Below, one piece after another: positions 1 through 13,878 of a stretch of DNA of 64,000 bases (within the stretch, counting starts at the first letter, position 1; the number at the start of each line of letters is the position of its first letter). The stretch is from assembly GCA_012295275.1 (NCBI GenBank), contig CM022672.1:32922001-32986000 (forward strand), written 5' to 3'. Below the pieces are notes generated by a model that was given only the letters and a program-made list of their open reading frames with translations, did not search any database and was not told the origin of the DNA. A program made the position numbers and the translations under genes. Source of the stretch: Chrysomallon squamiferum (Eukaryota > Animalia > Mollusca).

Positions 1-2330
1 CGTCTGCTATGGTTTTTACATTGGATCGTGGTTTTGAGATGTTAGTTTTTAGTTTTTAGTTTGTTTTATCGTCTGCTGTGGTTACATTGGATCGTGGTTT
101 TGAGATGTTGTTTTTAGTTTGTTGTTTTTTATCGTCTGTTATGGTTACATTACACTGGATCATGATTTTGAGATGTTCGTTTTACTTTGTTTGTTTTATC
201 GTCTGAGTGTGGTTACATTGAATCGTGGTTTTGAGATGTTAGTTTTTTTTGTTTGTTTTTATCGTCTGCTGTGGTTACATTGGATCGTGGTTTTGAGATG
301 TTAGTTTTTAGTTTGTTTGTTTTATCGTCTGTTGTGGTTACATTGGATCGTGGTTTTGAGATGTTAGTTTTTAGTTTGTTTGTTTTATCGTCTGCTGTGG
401 TTACATTGGATCGTGGTTTTGAGATGTTAGTTTTTAGCTTTTTGTTTTATTGTCTCTGCTTGGTTACATTGGATCGTGGTTTTGAGATGTTGTTTTTAGT
501 TTTTGTTTTATTGTCTGCTGTGGTTACATTGGATCGTGGTTTTGAGATGTTAGTTTTTTTAGTTTGTTTGTTTTATCGTCTGCTGTGGTTACATTGGATC
601 GTGGTTTTGAGATGTTTTTTTATTTTTTTTTCTATTATCGTCTGCTATATTTTGAGATGTACACTGGATCGTGGTTTTGAGATGTTAGTTTTTTAGTTTG
701 TTTGTTTTATCGTCTGCTGTAGTTTGTTACATTGGATCGTGGTTTTGAGATGTTTTTTAGTTTTAGTTTGTTTTTATCGTCTGCTGTGGTTACATTGGAT
801 CGTGGTTTTTAGATGTTAGTTTTTTTAGTTTTTTTTTATCGTCTGTTGTGGTTACATTGGATAGTGGTTTTGAGATGTTAGTTTTTAGTTTTTAGTTTTT
901 TTTTTATCGTCGTCTGCTGTGGTTACATTGGATCGTGGTTTTGAGATGTTAGTTTTAGTTTTTTTTTTTTATCGTCTGCTGTGGTTACATTGGATCGTGG
1001 TTTTTTAAATGTTAGTTTTTTTTTGTTTTTTTTATCGTCTCTTGTGGTTACATTGGATCGTGGTTTTGAGATGTTAGTTTTTAGTTTGTTTCTTTTATCG
1101 TCTGCTGTGGTTACATTGGATCGTGGTTTTGAGATGTTAGTTTTTAGTTTGATTCTTTTATCGTCTGCTGTGGTTACATTGGATCGTGGTTTTGAGATGT
1201 TAGTTTTTAGTTTGTTTGTTTTATCGTCTGTTGTGGTTACATTGGATCGTGGTTTTGAGATGTTAGTTTTTATTTGTTTTTTTTTTATCGTCTGTTGTGA
1301 TTACATTGGATCGTGGTTTTGAAGATGTTAGTTTTTAATTTGTTTGTTTTATCGTCTGATGTGGTTACATTGGATCGTGGTTTTGAGATGTTTTTTAGTT
1401 TTTTTTTATTTTTATCGTCTGCTTGAGATTAGTTTTAGATGTTAGTTTTCGTGGTTTACATTGGATCGTGGTTTTTAGATGTTGGTTTTTTTAGTTTTGT
1501 TTTTTTATCGTCTGCTGTGGTTACATTGGATTTGGATCGTGGTTTTGAGATGTTTGTTTTTAGTTTGTTTGTTTTATCGTCTGCTGTGGTTACATTGGAT
1601 CGTGGTTTTGAGATGTTTTTTTAGTTTCTTTTGTTTTATCGTCTGCTGTGGTTACATTGGATCGTGGTTTTGAGATGTTAGTTTTAGTTTGTTTTTATCG
1701 TCTGCTGTGGTTACATTGGATCGTGGTTTTGAGATGTTAGTTTTTTAGTTTGTTTCTTTTATCGTCTGCTGTGGTTTTTGGATCGTGGTTTTGAGATGTT
1801 AGTTTTTTAGTTTGTTTTATCATCTGTTGTGGTTACATTTGGATCGTGGTTTTGAGATGTTAGTTTTTAGTTTGTTTGTTTTATCGTCTGCTGTCATTAC
1901 ATTGGATCGTGGTTTTGAGATGTTAGTTTTAGTTTTTGTTTTATTTGTTTTATGCTGTGATTACATTGGATAGTTGTTTTGAGATGTTACTTTTTCAGAG
2001 TTTTTTTGTTTGTTTTATCATCTGCTGTTGTTACATTCAATCGTGGTTTTGAGATGTTAGTATTTAGTTTGTTTGTTTTGTCGTCTGCTGTGGTTGTTAT
2101 TGGATCGTGGTTTTGAGATGTTAGTTTTTAGTTTGTTTGTTTTATCATCTGCTGTGGTTTTTGTTAGTTTTGTTTGTTTGTTTTATCGTGGTTTTGAGAT
2201 GTTAGTTTTTTTTAGTTTGTTTTATCGTCTGCTGTGGTTTTGGATCGTTGTCAAAAAGATGTTAGTTTTTAGTTTGTTTGTTTTAAAATCTCCATGTTTT
2301 CATAAAATGATTTGGATTTGAGATATTAGT
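1..2330. repeat. ~63-bp tandem satellite/minisatellite array (about 35 copies), decaying into unique sequence to ~2800
   Basis: Unit TTATCGTCTGCTGTGGTTACATTGGATCGTGGTTTTGAGATGTTAGTTTTTAGTTTGTTTGTT repeats head-to-tail. The 21-aa periodicity in the ORF track (SSAVVTLDRGFEMLVFSLFVL) reflects the 63-nt period. Length variation is mostly in the T-tracts. Confidence 0.95.
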
Positions 2331-3479
2331 TTGTTCAGAAAGTGACGTTATTATTTGTGCAGGAAATGACGTTATCAGTCTCTAAAGCAATGTTGTTTTT
2401 TCTATACATATAAGGGACGTGGTTTTAGAGTTAGTTTTTCAGTTAGAGTTTTTAGTTTTTTTTTAAAAACTTTGGATCGTGTTTTGGATGTTAGTTTTGA
2501 GTTTGTAGATCATAAATAGTTATGAAATTGGAAAATGTTTAAAAATGTTGTTAGTTTTAGTTTGTTTAATCAAATGTTTATTCAGAGAAATTTAATTTAA
2601 TTTTTAACTTAGTTTTTTAATCGTCTGCCTACCCTGATTGAAATTGGATCGTGGTTTTGAGATGTTAGTTTTACTAATCTATCTGCATCAACATATTAAT
2701 GAAAATTTATCGTGGTTTTGAGATGTTACTTTTTTAAGATACATTTAATTTTAAAACAAACCCTGATCTGGTTTTAAGATGTTAGTTTTAGATTTCTTTT
2801 ATTATCAAAACCCATTTAATATCAGCATCTTAACATAAGACTTGTTTTCATTATCTGATCCGGACCCTTTTATTTTATTTAAATGCAAATCTAATGCTAA
2901 ACAAGACATTTATAATATTAAAACTCATACCAAGACAAACCAGCATGCAGTAGTTTTACTGACTTTAAAACTTAAGACTTATTAATATATACATATATTC
3001 ACACACAAAAGAAAATAATCTATATCAGAAATGATAGTAGAGGTCGTAATATTAAATAACAGAAATGATAATACTGGTAATAAAAATAATAAATAGCAGT
3101 AATAGAAATAGAAATAATAACAGTTGTAACAGAAGTAATATCAGCAGTAGTAATAGTAATAATAGAAGTAGTAATAATAGAAATATAGTAGTAGAAATAG
3201 TAATAAAGCTACTACAAACAGAAATAACAACAGCAGTAGTAATAGAAATATTAGCAGCACAACAGAAATAATAGTAGCAGTAGTAATAGAAATAATAATA
3301 ACAATAATAATAGAAATAACAGTAGCACTAACTGAATTTAAGTTATTCAGTGAATCTTTATAGTGATACAGTAATGTCTTCTGTAACAGACACATTCTCG
3401 TCTAAACCGTACAACCACAGAACGCGAGAGATTTGAAATGTAGTCAGTTTTAAAAATAAATATAAAATAAATTAAATAA

Positions 3480-3560
3480 ATAAAGCCGGTTTTCTGTATT
3501 TTTTGGATTTGACGAAGGCGGATAAATGGCGGTGCCTGGAAAAAGAGGTTAAAATTGGAA
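3480..3560 (-). promoter_or_regulatory. Candidate TCT/5'TOP-type initiator with downstream YY1 site
   Basis: The minus strand reads CCTCTTTTTCCAGGCACCGCCATTT (3548->3524): a pyrimidine initiator followed by a GCCATTT YY1 motif, inside a local CpG-rich patch. The downstream gene is not identifiable in the window. Confidence 0.45.
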
Positions 3561-3789
3561 ACAGGGTGCGGCCCGTAGGTAACAGGCTGGATTTACCAGA
3601 ATCCTGGTTATATTCATATGTTGTTTTGTTGTTGTTGTTTTTATTTATTCTTTAATACGACATATATATATTTATATTTATATCATGATTTTGTTTAAAT
3701 GTTGTTGTTTTTACTAACATCCCTTTATTTGCTTAAGGTTTTGCTCTTGTTTTGGTATATGTTACTGTTATTACTATTATTATTATTAT

Positions 3790-3827
<38 letters not shown>

Positions 3828-4556
3828 CCACTACTAGTAGTGGTAGTATTGTTTACAGGGGTTTTGGTTGTTGTTTTTTTTCATGTATAGCAATTGAAAT
3901 TATATTAATGGAAATAACAAAGTTGATAAGAAAAACAGTAATAAAAACTGTATTCAAGACAGAAATAAATAAATAAAGGAAATAAAATAATTTTAAAAAA
4001 TAATAACTTCTTATAGTGTACAGTTTTTCACTGCAGTTAGAGTGAATGTGAATTGATTTTGCTAAATTAAATATATTGGCATTTTATTAGATGACGTAAT
4101 TGTTTAGAAAAAAAAAATGGCCCATTTTAAAAGTCGATACATAAGAAATTATTTTAACCATGTCAAAACAAATGTCTTAGGTGTTCTTAAACGAACTGAA
4201 ATAAAGAAAACATTACGAAAATATATATAGGTAATGTCAACACAATTAAAATTATTAATTAATACGAAAATACTAATGAAAAAATATAAAGATGTTTTCT
4301 AAATTTATACACCTACAAGTTCGATTTATCTACGCAAATTTTGAAAGTTAGAGATTAATAATTCACTGATGTCGTGTCTAAACACAGTGGAGATGTATTC
4401 CTAACAACAAAACTGTGGCATCAAAACTAACAACAAAAACAGATCTCTAAAATATTCGGGAGGAAAAAAGTACAACTTTACGGAAATAAACTGGTTTTCA
4501 TATTTGCTCTTTTTTAAATAATTTTATTTCTCTTTCATTTATTTATTTATTTTCGT

Positions 4557-4611
<55 letters not shown>

Positions 4612-4689
4612 TTATTTATTTATTTATTTATTTTCATTACTTAAGAGGGGTTTGTTTGCTCTCTCTCTGTCTCTCTCTCTTAGAGTTGT

Positions 4690-4791
4690 CGCCCTTCACA
4701 ATGTGCGGAAGTGATCGTCTGGCGTGCATAGCTTTAATTTAAAGTGTAAATATATTTATGGCAAGCGTGGGACGACAGAATTAGAGAGAAG
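4690..4791 (+). promoter_or_regulatory. Probable promoter and non-coding first exon of POFUT1 copy A
   Basis: CpG-rich patch with ETS site GCGGAAGTG (~4705-4713), ending in donor AAG|GTATTT at 4792. The first coding exon of copy A is preceded by an acceptor (AG 7813-7814), so an upstream UTR exon is needed. Confidence 0.5.
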
Positions 4792-7700
4792 GTATTTATT
4801 TCTTAACTAGTTTATTAAAAATTTTATAGTACGGTTACTGCGTGTGTCTTCCATTTACTGCTATTCATTGAAACTAAATGTGCGGATCTGGTCAAGTCCA
4901 GAACAGAAATACACATTATATTCAAATTTCATTTTAAAAAAAACAAATAATAATAAATATATGAATGAAATATTTTGGTACAGGGGTAAAAGACGCTATC
5001 GTGTTATCCTTCATAAATACAGTCACTGTAGACCCATTGGGTATCTGTATCAAATGAGCTTTATTTAAATTATAACATTAAATATAATTAGCTGTTCTTA
5101 TACAAATGATAGGCATTGTCAGTTAATATCATTTATTCACTTGAGAGTGGTAGCCTGCAAAACCGCAGCTATTAGTATTACCAAAAACTAAATATGGGAC
5201 TCTATGTATGTCAAGATCATTATATATATATACTAGCAATTAAAATCAACTTTTCTATAAATATACTTGCATATTTATTGAACTCTCATAAACAATATTA
5301 ACATATTAAAAAAAAATAATAATTTAAAATTCAAGATCTTATTTAATGGATTACCAACTTTTTTATTTGATCTTTGTGAATAGAAGTATTTATGGTATGT
5401 CCTAATAATAATTCATTATTCCAGTAAAAAAAAAAAATCACAAAAAAAACCACCTACATTTTCAAATAACCAAAACAAAATAAAATAAAATAAAATATTC
5501 TCACAGAGTTAGTGCCTGACCTTCCCATCCTCACAGACCTTAGCATGTCCGAAGTTCCTATAACTTATTTCCTAAATAAATGTGCTATCCAATTCTCATA
5601 TTTCTCATGCTTGAGAATCCAAGCAGTTGTAATTTACAGGAATCATGAAGTTAATTTGTTGTTTTATTAATTCTTTGATAAAATTATTATTATTAGTGGA
5701 TTTCTCTGGTTACTACATTTTTCTTACTTGAACTAATTAATTGTCTTGGGGATATAGTTAGTATCATTTAAAGTTCTGTCCTAAAATGAAAAGCAGAAAG
5801 CATTATGTTCATTATGGTTTTTATTTGTCTGTTTGATATGTTTTTTAGTAATAAATAAAATATGTATTTAATAAAAATAAATAAATATGTATGTATATGT
5901 ATATATATTCATGTTCTATATAAAAGTAATAATACATGCATCAGATAAATTACATACTGCAAATACTTAAGAAATATATTAGCTAGTTATAATACAAATT
6001 TTATATATAGTTAATATATAGAGGGCAGTGTTGAATGTACTCTTTATTTCTTTGCAGAATTGTTTTTAATGTTCATGAAAATGGATTCTGATTGCATAAT
6101 TTGTTTCTCTTCAGTCAGGTTAATTAATTAGATGTTTTGACGTTTTGAACTTTAGTAGTTTTCATAAACGCGACTAACAAATAATCTAAAAATCTTTAGT
6201 CCATAACATTTTATATGGAAATTTTTATATTGTTTACACTGCCTTTATTGTTTCAAAATTAATGAAAGCTTTGAAAATAAAACAACAACAAAATAAGAAT
6301 GTTTTGTTACAAAGAGAAAAAAATGTGGATCTGTTACAAAATAATGATTATTTATTGATTATTTATAAAAAAAAAAAATAAAAAAAAAATTATTCTTTTG
6401 ATGATATAGGGTGTTAAATTAGTGTAAATAGCAATTCTGCTCATAACTGTATATAAACAAACAGTACAAATATGGCCAACATGAAATATTATTTTGAAAA
6501 ATGATTGGCAATTTGTTAGAGAAACATTTTTCATTTAGATTAATAACAAAAGGATAAAACTTAAAAGTGATTATTTTAAATTATTCTGAATTTTAGAATT
6601 GTGTAGTAGTCTCAGAAATTTGTTTAGAGGATGTATTACTCTGTATTGAACAAAATGTTCAGCTGATCACACAAGTAATCTTTTCAGTAGTAACCACTTA
6701 TTTCTTTTAACTTGTAGTCCTAAATGATAAAAGAAAGTTACTTAAATTAACTGTTTTATTTATCAACTCATCCCTCTAGAGTAGTAGATTTATTATTCTT
6801 TATTTCCTTGTCATCCATTCATCAAAATAAAATAGCTCTTAAATAACAACAGTTTATATTTTTAAAATGGAAACTGGTTTCAAAATTATTTTAAATTTTT
6901 CATCATTTTTAAACCAACAATTAAAGATTAAAGAAATAGCTCTGAACAAGGAATTTATCAAAGTAAATATAATTCTGTCCCCAAAAGCCATAATTTATCT
7001 AGTCATCATATCTTCCAATGTCTATATATATGTGTGTGTGTGTGTCTGTGTGTGTGTGTGTGTGGCAAGATACAAATACCAATTTTCAGACTAATCTATA
7101 GTAGTATATTCAAAAAAAATTAATAAATATTTATTTGAAAATTTGAAAATCTCAGAAAAAGAGTAAAATCTCTGTAACTGTGAGACTGATATGAATTATT
7201 GATTGTGGGGAAGGATGTACTTGTTTCTCAGAGATAATTTGTCAATATTTTGTACGAAACACATGTGGTACAGTTATGGAAACAGGTGGGAAGTTACATT
7301 AGTTAGGTGCAAATGGGTACAAGTGACTCTCGGTATGTTTTTTTTTATTAAATTATATTTTATTTAAAACTTGTTAATAATTTTTAGATAAAAGACAGTG
7401 TGATTTGCCAGTGTTTTCAGGTGTAATGTGTCAAATAACACCTGTAATATTTGAAGATGGAGGATATTGTAAATATTCATATTATCAGTGTATTCAAGTT
7501 TGCATGACCTGATGTGTACATAGCAGCTGTGACTACGTTTTCAAGTCTTTATTGTCAGACATGTTTATGTTAAAAACTTGTACCCAGTATACAGGTCACA
7601 AATATGTCCAGATAATTTTCAGCTTGACTGGCTGAAAAATATTGCTAATCAGAGTAAGCTGTTATGATGCATGCTATTCATATTTGCGTTATATTCAGAA

Positions 7701-7838
7701 TCTTCATTAATTTGTGATAAAAAAATATTGAGATATTCATTACATAACTTTTCATTCTTTTATTATTATTATTTTTTTTTATTCATTTTTATTTTTATTT
7801 TTATTTTTGTGTAGCAAACAACAACAACAACAACCGAC

Positions 7839-8572
7839 ATGTGGTTGGATAAGATGTTTTTGATTCTGGCTTGGATTAATTCTTTAACATGGATGGCAAC
7901 ATCACTGGAAGCTGACCCCAGTGGATACATCGCTTATTGTCCCTGTATGGGTAGGTGAAAATGTGTGTATATTTAACCAAGCAGTTCTGTTATTTTGTTC
8001 TGAATAACCACACTGTGAAATATGATTGTAATAATAAAAAAAATTAAAAATTAATAATACTGTTATCTAAGTAATTTGTGTGTACATGTGCACGTGTCTG
8101 TCTGTTGGTCTCTCAGTCTGCATCCATTTGTGTCTGAATGTTACTTTTTTTTTTTTTTAGGTGTGAGTGTGTGTTGTGTGTTGTGTGTCTGTCTGTTTGT
8201 GGGTGCATTTCATCTAGTTTTATGTTTTTTGTTCCAGGACGTTTTGGCAATCAAGCTGACCAGTTTCTTGGTTCATTATCCTTTGCAAAATCTTTAAACC
8301 GAACTTTGATACTCCCTCCATGGGTTGAGTACAGAGTGGCTTACACGAATTCGGTAAACAGCTTTGTAACAAAATAGTCGAAACTATTTAATCAGAGGCA
8401 CCATTAACCAGTCTGATTCCTACGTATATACAAAATGAATATATACACAGCACAAGTAAAGTTTCAATTATTAGCAAATTATTTATTTTGAAGATAATGG
8501 AATATGCTTGTTGTTGTTGTTGTTTTTTTTGTAGATATTTACGTTCATGATTGTATATGAGTGTGTGTGTGT

Positions 8573-8619
<47 letters not shown>

Positions 8620-9442
8620 GTGTGTGTGTGTGTGTTTTTTGTAACAGATGAACATAGTTCATGTGATGTGAAAACTAACACAACAGGATACCAGAACTGT
8701 TTTTAATAATCATGTGATAAAGTAAATCATCTCCTACAATGGTTATGGTGTCTGTATCATAAACTGAGGTTGCCAGTTTCTCTATAGCAAGAGAACCTCT
8801 TAAGATTATACAAGTAAGCGAGAGTCAGCAAGACTACTGTTTAAATTAAAAACAATTTTCTATAGGTGCAGGTGCCATTTGACACCTACTTCAAAGTGGA
8901 ACCACTGAAAGAGTACCACAGAGTCATCACCATGGAAACCTTCATGAAGCAGTTAGCACCAGAAGTATGGCCTCCTGAAGAAAGAGCATGTATAATTTTC
9001 TTTTTATTTCATCTGAATTTTTATACATCAAAATTATCACTATTGTTACTATTATTTTTCTTTGTTATTTGTTTATTACTTATTTTTTAATTGTTTTACA
9101 ATTATTATTTATCTTAATACTTAAATTTATATTTTTTATGTTTTCTTATTTAAAACAGTCTTGTTTTACTATTATTATTATTATTATTGTTAGATGTTTC
9201 TGCATAGTTATTTGTTCTCCTCACAGAAAATGCATACATGGTGATGTCGTAAATTAATTTTTTAAAACAACACATACTGAAAAAAAGCCACACACTTTTG
9301 TTCCAGCCCAGTGTAACAACAATGACATTATTATTATTATTTTTATTATTATTATTAGTAGTAGTAGTAGTAGTAGTAGTATTTTTATTATCATTATTAT
9401 TATTTTATTATTATTATTATTATTTATTTATTTTTTTATTAG

Positions 9443-9473
<31 letters not shown>

Positions 9474-11991
9474 ATTAATATAATTGTTGTTGTTCAATTT
9501 TTTTTCCTTTACAGCCTTTTGTGTTGTTTCAAGGTCAACTGGTTCAAAAGGAGATAGCTGTGAGGCTAAATATGGAAACCCATTTGGGCCATTTTGGGAC
9601 ACATTTGGAATAGATTTTGTTAGATCAGAAATATTTTCACCCCTTACCTACACGACTGAAAATTCTCATGAAATGAAAAGATGGAAAGAAAGGTGATTCA
9701 GTTACTAACTCATTTATTATTGAATTAATTTTCTTGCTTATATTTTTATTCATTTGTTCATTCATTCACTCACTCGCTCGTTTATTCATTTATTTAGTTA
9801 TTTATTTATTATTTGTCGTTGTTATTCCTAAAGAATTAATAAATAAATTCTGCTTCATTTCTCTTCAGTTTTACAATCAATTTGTAATGCGAGAATGTCT
9901 TTAGTTGCCTGAGATTTAGGGAAAACATTTAATAGAATATATGTTTTCTTTATAATAAATGTGTGTCTGTGTCTGTTTTTATATAATGTAGGTATGTAGA
10001 TAACTATGTTTGTATTGTATATATGTATGTATACAAGTATCATCGCTTTATTTTTCTTCAGATTTATATATGTATACATGCATATAATGTATCTGTTACA
10101 TGTATATGTGTATTTGTTCTTGTGTATTTAAATAGCTATTTATTTTTGTATTATTTGTGTGTGTCAAAACTGGACCACCACAGTATTTTAAAAAATGTCC
10201 AGTTTGACTGGGGTCTGGTTTTTAGAAGATTCTCTTTCAACATGTGTATATATAATCTATGTATAATGTGTGTATCCTTGTATGTATGTATATAATCAAT
10301 GTATTTATAATAGTAGTATAATATTTGCATTATATATATATTATAATATATCTGTATGTGTGTGTGTATATATATATAAACCTATAATGTAGTATCTTTG
10401 TGTGTGTGTGTGTGTATAAAGTATATGTCAATATATGTTTATACATATTAAGTATAATGTATATATTTATGATTGTGTGTGTGTGTATGTATGTATGTAT
10501 ATATATATATGTGTGTGTAATGTATGTGTCTGTTTATGAATGTGTGTTTATACTTACATACAATATAGTATAATGTATCTGTTTATGTATAGCAGTGGTT
10601 CTCAAACTTTTTGAAGTTGGGGCACACTTGAAGCCTTACAAAAACTTACACGGACCCTAAAACACAAAATGCTAAGAAATAAAATGCATAATGTAAGAAA
10701 AATACAGAAATAACTGAAAGAAGGGTACATACCTCTATTCATCATCTATTTTGTGCTGATGAGAAGTATGAGCCTGATGTGTCTTGGCAATTTCTTCAAA
10801 AATATTGGGTCATTATGTGTGATAAGCAAACTCTCATTTCCTCGTCAATAAACTGTAGATTTGTTCTTTTGTTTGCAACTGATGTTGGTGAGAGTTGGAA
10901 AATCCTAATTTTGTGGGGCACACCCTTTGAGAACCACTGATGTAGAGATATAGGTATAATGTGTGTATTTTTGTATGTACGTGTTCATAATCAGTGTATG
11001 TGTAATACATGTGTGTAATATATCAGTTTATCAATGTATATATATATATATATGTATAATCATCTGTGTTTTTCAGATATCCACCAGACAAATTTCCCGT
11101 TCTTGCTTTCACAGGCCCACCAGCCAGTTTTCCTGTGAGACAGCACCATGTCTGGCTTCAGAAGTTTCTCAAATGGTCTCATGAATATGACCAGAAGGCT
11201 GAAGATTTCATCAGAACAAAAATCATTGAAAGACCTTTCCTAGGAATACACCTAAGAAATGGATACGATTTTGTAAGTTAATTAATTGTTATAATGAATA
11301 TGTTTTGATGGAGACTGAACTCAAGTGAAAACACATATGCTTATTGGTGTCTTGATTTAGTAAGTAATTCATTTTTAATACTTAACACCATTTGAAAATA
11401 TATGACAAGTGATTCAGATATATTTGGTGGTTTTTTTTTTTTTTAAATAAATTTTACTTGCAAGAATTTTAGTTTAATTTTTTAATTTTTTTAATTTTTA
11501 ATTTTTTTTAAATTACCTTTTTAAAAAAATTTAGAATAAAATTTATAAAAATGAAATCAGATAATTATTTACAGCCTCAGCTCTACATTACCATTTTAAA
11601 AATCTTTTTTTTATTATTATTATTTTTATGGCTGAAATGGAGCCAAACATAAAAATAAACTACCTGTAACAACAAATGGTGTAAATATAGTTTGTTAACT
11701 TGCAAATCATTGTTTTTTTCCTTACTTGTGAATGAAGGTAACAGTTATCGTATACAGACAGTTTTTTAAAAAGTTATATAAAAGTGATTCCTTTTATCAT
11801 CAAAATTTGTTCGACAATCATTTGCTGGCAGTAAATTTTAATTTTTAGATTAATCTTTACAAACAGTTCCCAGTGTGCTAAATGTATTGATAAAAATAAT
11901 TATTTTGCAGAGTTTTCTTCAATGTAACTCTTGAAGTCCATTTTAGACCAGTTTTATTTTATTTATTTTATTTTTTTATTTTATTTTATTT

Positions 11992-12031
<40 letters not shown>

Positions 12032-13003
12032 CTCTCATGAAATATTGAATATGAAAATGAATATAGGAAAGAAGGGGTTGAGAATCTTTAACCATTTAAG
12101 TTTGAAAAAAAGATGTATATATATTTATGTATGTATGTATGTATGTATGTATGTATGTATGTATGTATATGTATATATAGAGAGATAGAGAGATAGAGCT
12201 ATATATATAGCACATGTTGATAATGTAACTATGTATCCTCTACAGAAAAATGCCTGTGAGGAGCTGAAGGATTCGCCATCGCTGTTTGCGTCTGCTCAGT
12301 GTATAGGGTACAGAGGTGAGAGAGGGAAGCTTACAAACGAGATGTGTTTCCCTTCAGACAAAACAGTCATTCGACAAGTGAAACAGCTAGTTAAAAAACA
12401 CAAAGTTAAAGCTGTGTTTGTGGCTTCAGACAACAGATACTTGATCAAAGAATTTTCAGAAGCTATGAAGAAGGTAAGATAAAATGTCTAAAGTGTTGTT
12501 ACTGTTAATAGTTGCTGTATTAATTATAAATATATATAAGTAATTTATATATTGGGTTGTATTGTATAATAAAGCAAAAAACAATTTTTTTTAAATTCAA
12601 ACATTAAAACTTGTAAAGAAATAGATTACAAATTTTTCCAATAATAATAAATGTATTTTTAATAATAATTTTTATTTTTTTTAGTCTGGTCAAGTTTTTG
12701 CAATAATAATAATTATAACTGCAATTAACAGGAATAAATAATAGTAATAATAATTGTATTTTTAATAATAATAATAAAAAAAAAAATTTTTTTTTTTTTT
12801 TTTTTTTAAAACAGGTAAAGTTTGTGAAGCAGTCAGGTGACCCAAGTCCACATGTTGACCTGGCTGTACTGGGAAAAGCTGATTATTTTATAGGAAACTG
12901 TGTTTCAACTTTCACAGCATTCGTCAAACGAGAAAGAGATTCTAACAATCTGCCATCGTCTTTCTGGGCTTTTAAACCAAAAGACAAACGTGACGAACTT
13001 TGA
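7839..13003 (+). CDS. POFUT1: GDP-fucose protein O-fucosyltransferase 1, copy A (380 aa, 7 coding exons)
   Basis: Exons 7839-7950, 8238-8353, 8866-8989, 9515-9692, 11077-11272, 12246-12473 and 12815-13003 have GT-AG boundaries and join in frame (1143 nt). Features: signal peptide, [73 protein letters not shown], and C-terminal RDEL ER-retention signal. Confidence 0.96.
10593..10939 (-). mobile_element. Internally deleted hAT (Charlie-like) DNA transposon in POFUT1A intron 4
   Basis: TIRs CAGTGGTTCTCAAA / TTTGAGAACCACTG; 8-bp target duplication ATGTATAG / ATGTAGAG (7/8 match). The minus strand retains a transposase C-terminal relic [20 protein letters not shown]...[10 protein letters not shown], resembling the Charlie-type QAHxSH end. 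Confidence 0.88.
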
Positions 13004-13842
13004 TAACAACTAAACTTTATTTTGTTTTATGTTATTTTTTTTTATAAATCCAAATATATATGAAGTGCTGTTTTTTTTTTTTAAATGTTAAATTTACTTT
13101 TTAATGTATGGGTGTAAAATATGTTTGTGTGTGTGTGTGTGTGTTGTTATGCATATATACTTTTTTAAACAATGTGACAATTTTCAATAATTATATTCTT
13201 AATTTTTTTTCTATCTTACTTACACATTATACATATGTTTTTCAGCATAATTATAAAAATTATTTTTTATATTCTGTCATATTTTTCTGTATCTGTTGAG
13301 GTAAAGCTCGACTTGATGAGAACTCACAAAGGAAATTTAAAAATCTCAGTCTAGGTTATCCTCCTCCTTGTTTCTGTTTTACAGTCAAGTATTAAAATCA
13401 GAATTCATACATCAACTAAACGTTCACATTTTAACGAAACAAGTGAAACTTGAAAATTCTGTAGTTATTTCTTACATAAACCTAAACTGTAACCAGATCT
13501 GAAATGTCTCTTTAATATGGGTGATGGTGACTTGTGAACAAGGTGACTATGAATGTAAATATTTTTTTGGTTTAGACTCTACTTGTCAGAATGATCTAGT
13601 TCAGACAACTTGGTGAAATTTGTAAATCTCAAAAAACAATTAGAAGTGTCATGATGCAGGTTTTGTATTTTATTTTTTATTTTTTTATTACTGATAACAA
13701 CAATAATTTTTCTGACCAGAAGCTTTGTGATATCAGTTTTGAATGCTCTGATGGTGTAATTTCCAATTCAGGGTCTGATTTGAATGAACCTGCTGCTAGT
13801 TTTCTTAGACTTTTAGAGTGCTAACACATATTGATGACACGG

Positions 13843-13878
<36 letters not shown>

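Noticed and set aside
119-2321. Repetitive hydrophobic ORFs (VVTLDRGFEMLVF) in the ORF track
   Set aside because: Artefact of a 63-bp (multiple of 3) satellite; frames break at every T-tract indel.
1-2330. CRISPR array or telomeric repeat interpretation
   Set aside because: Linkers are homologous T-rich sequence rather than unique spacers, the context is eukaryotic with no cas genes, and there are no TTAGGG/CCCTAA arrays.
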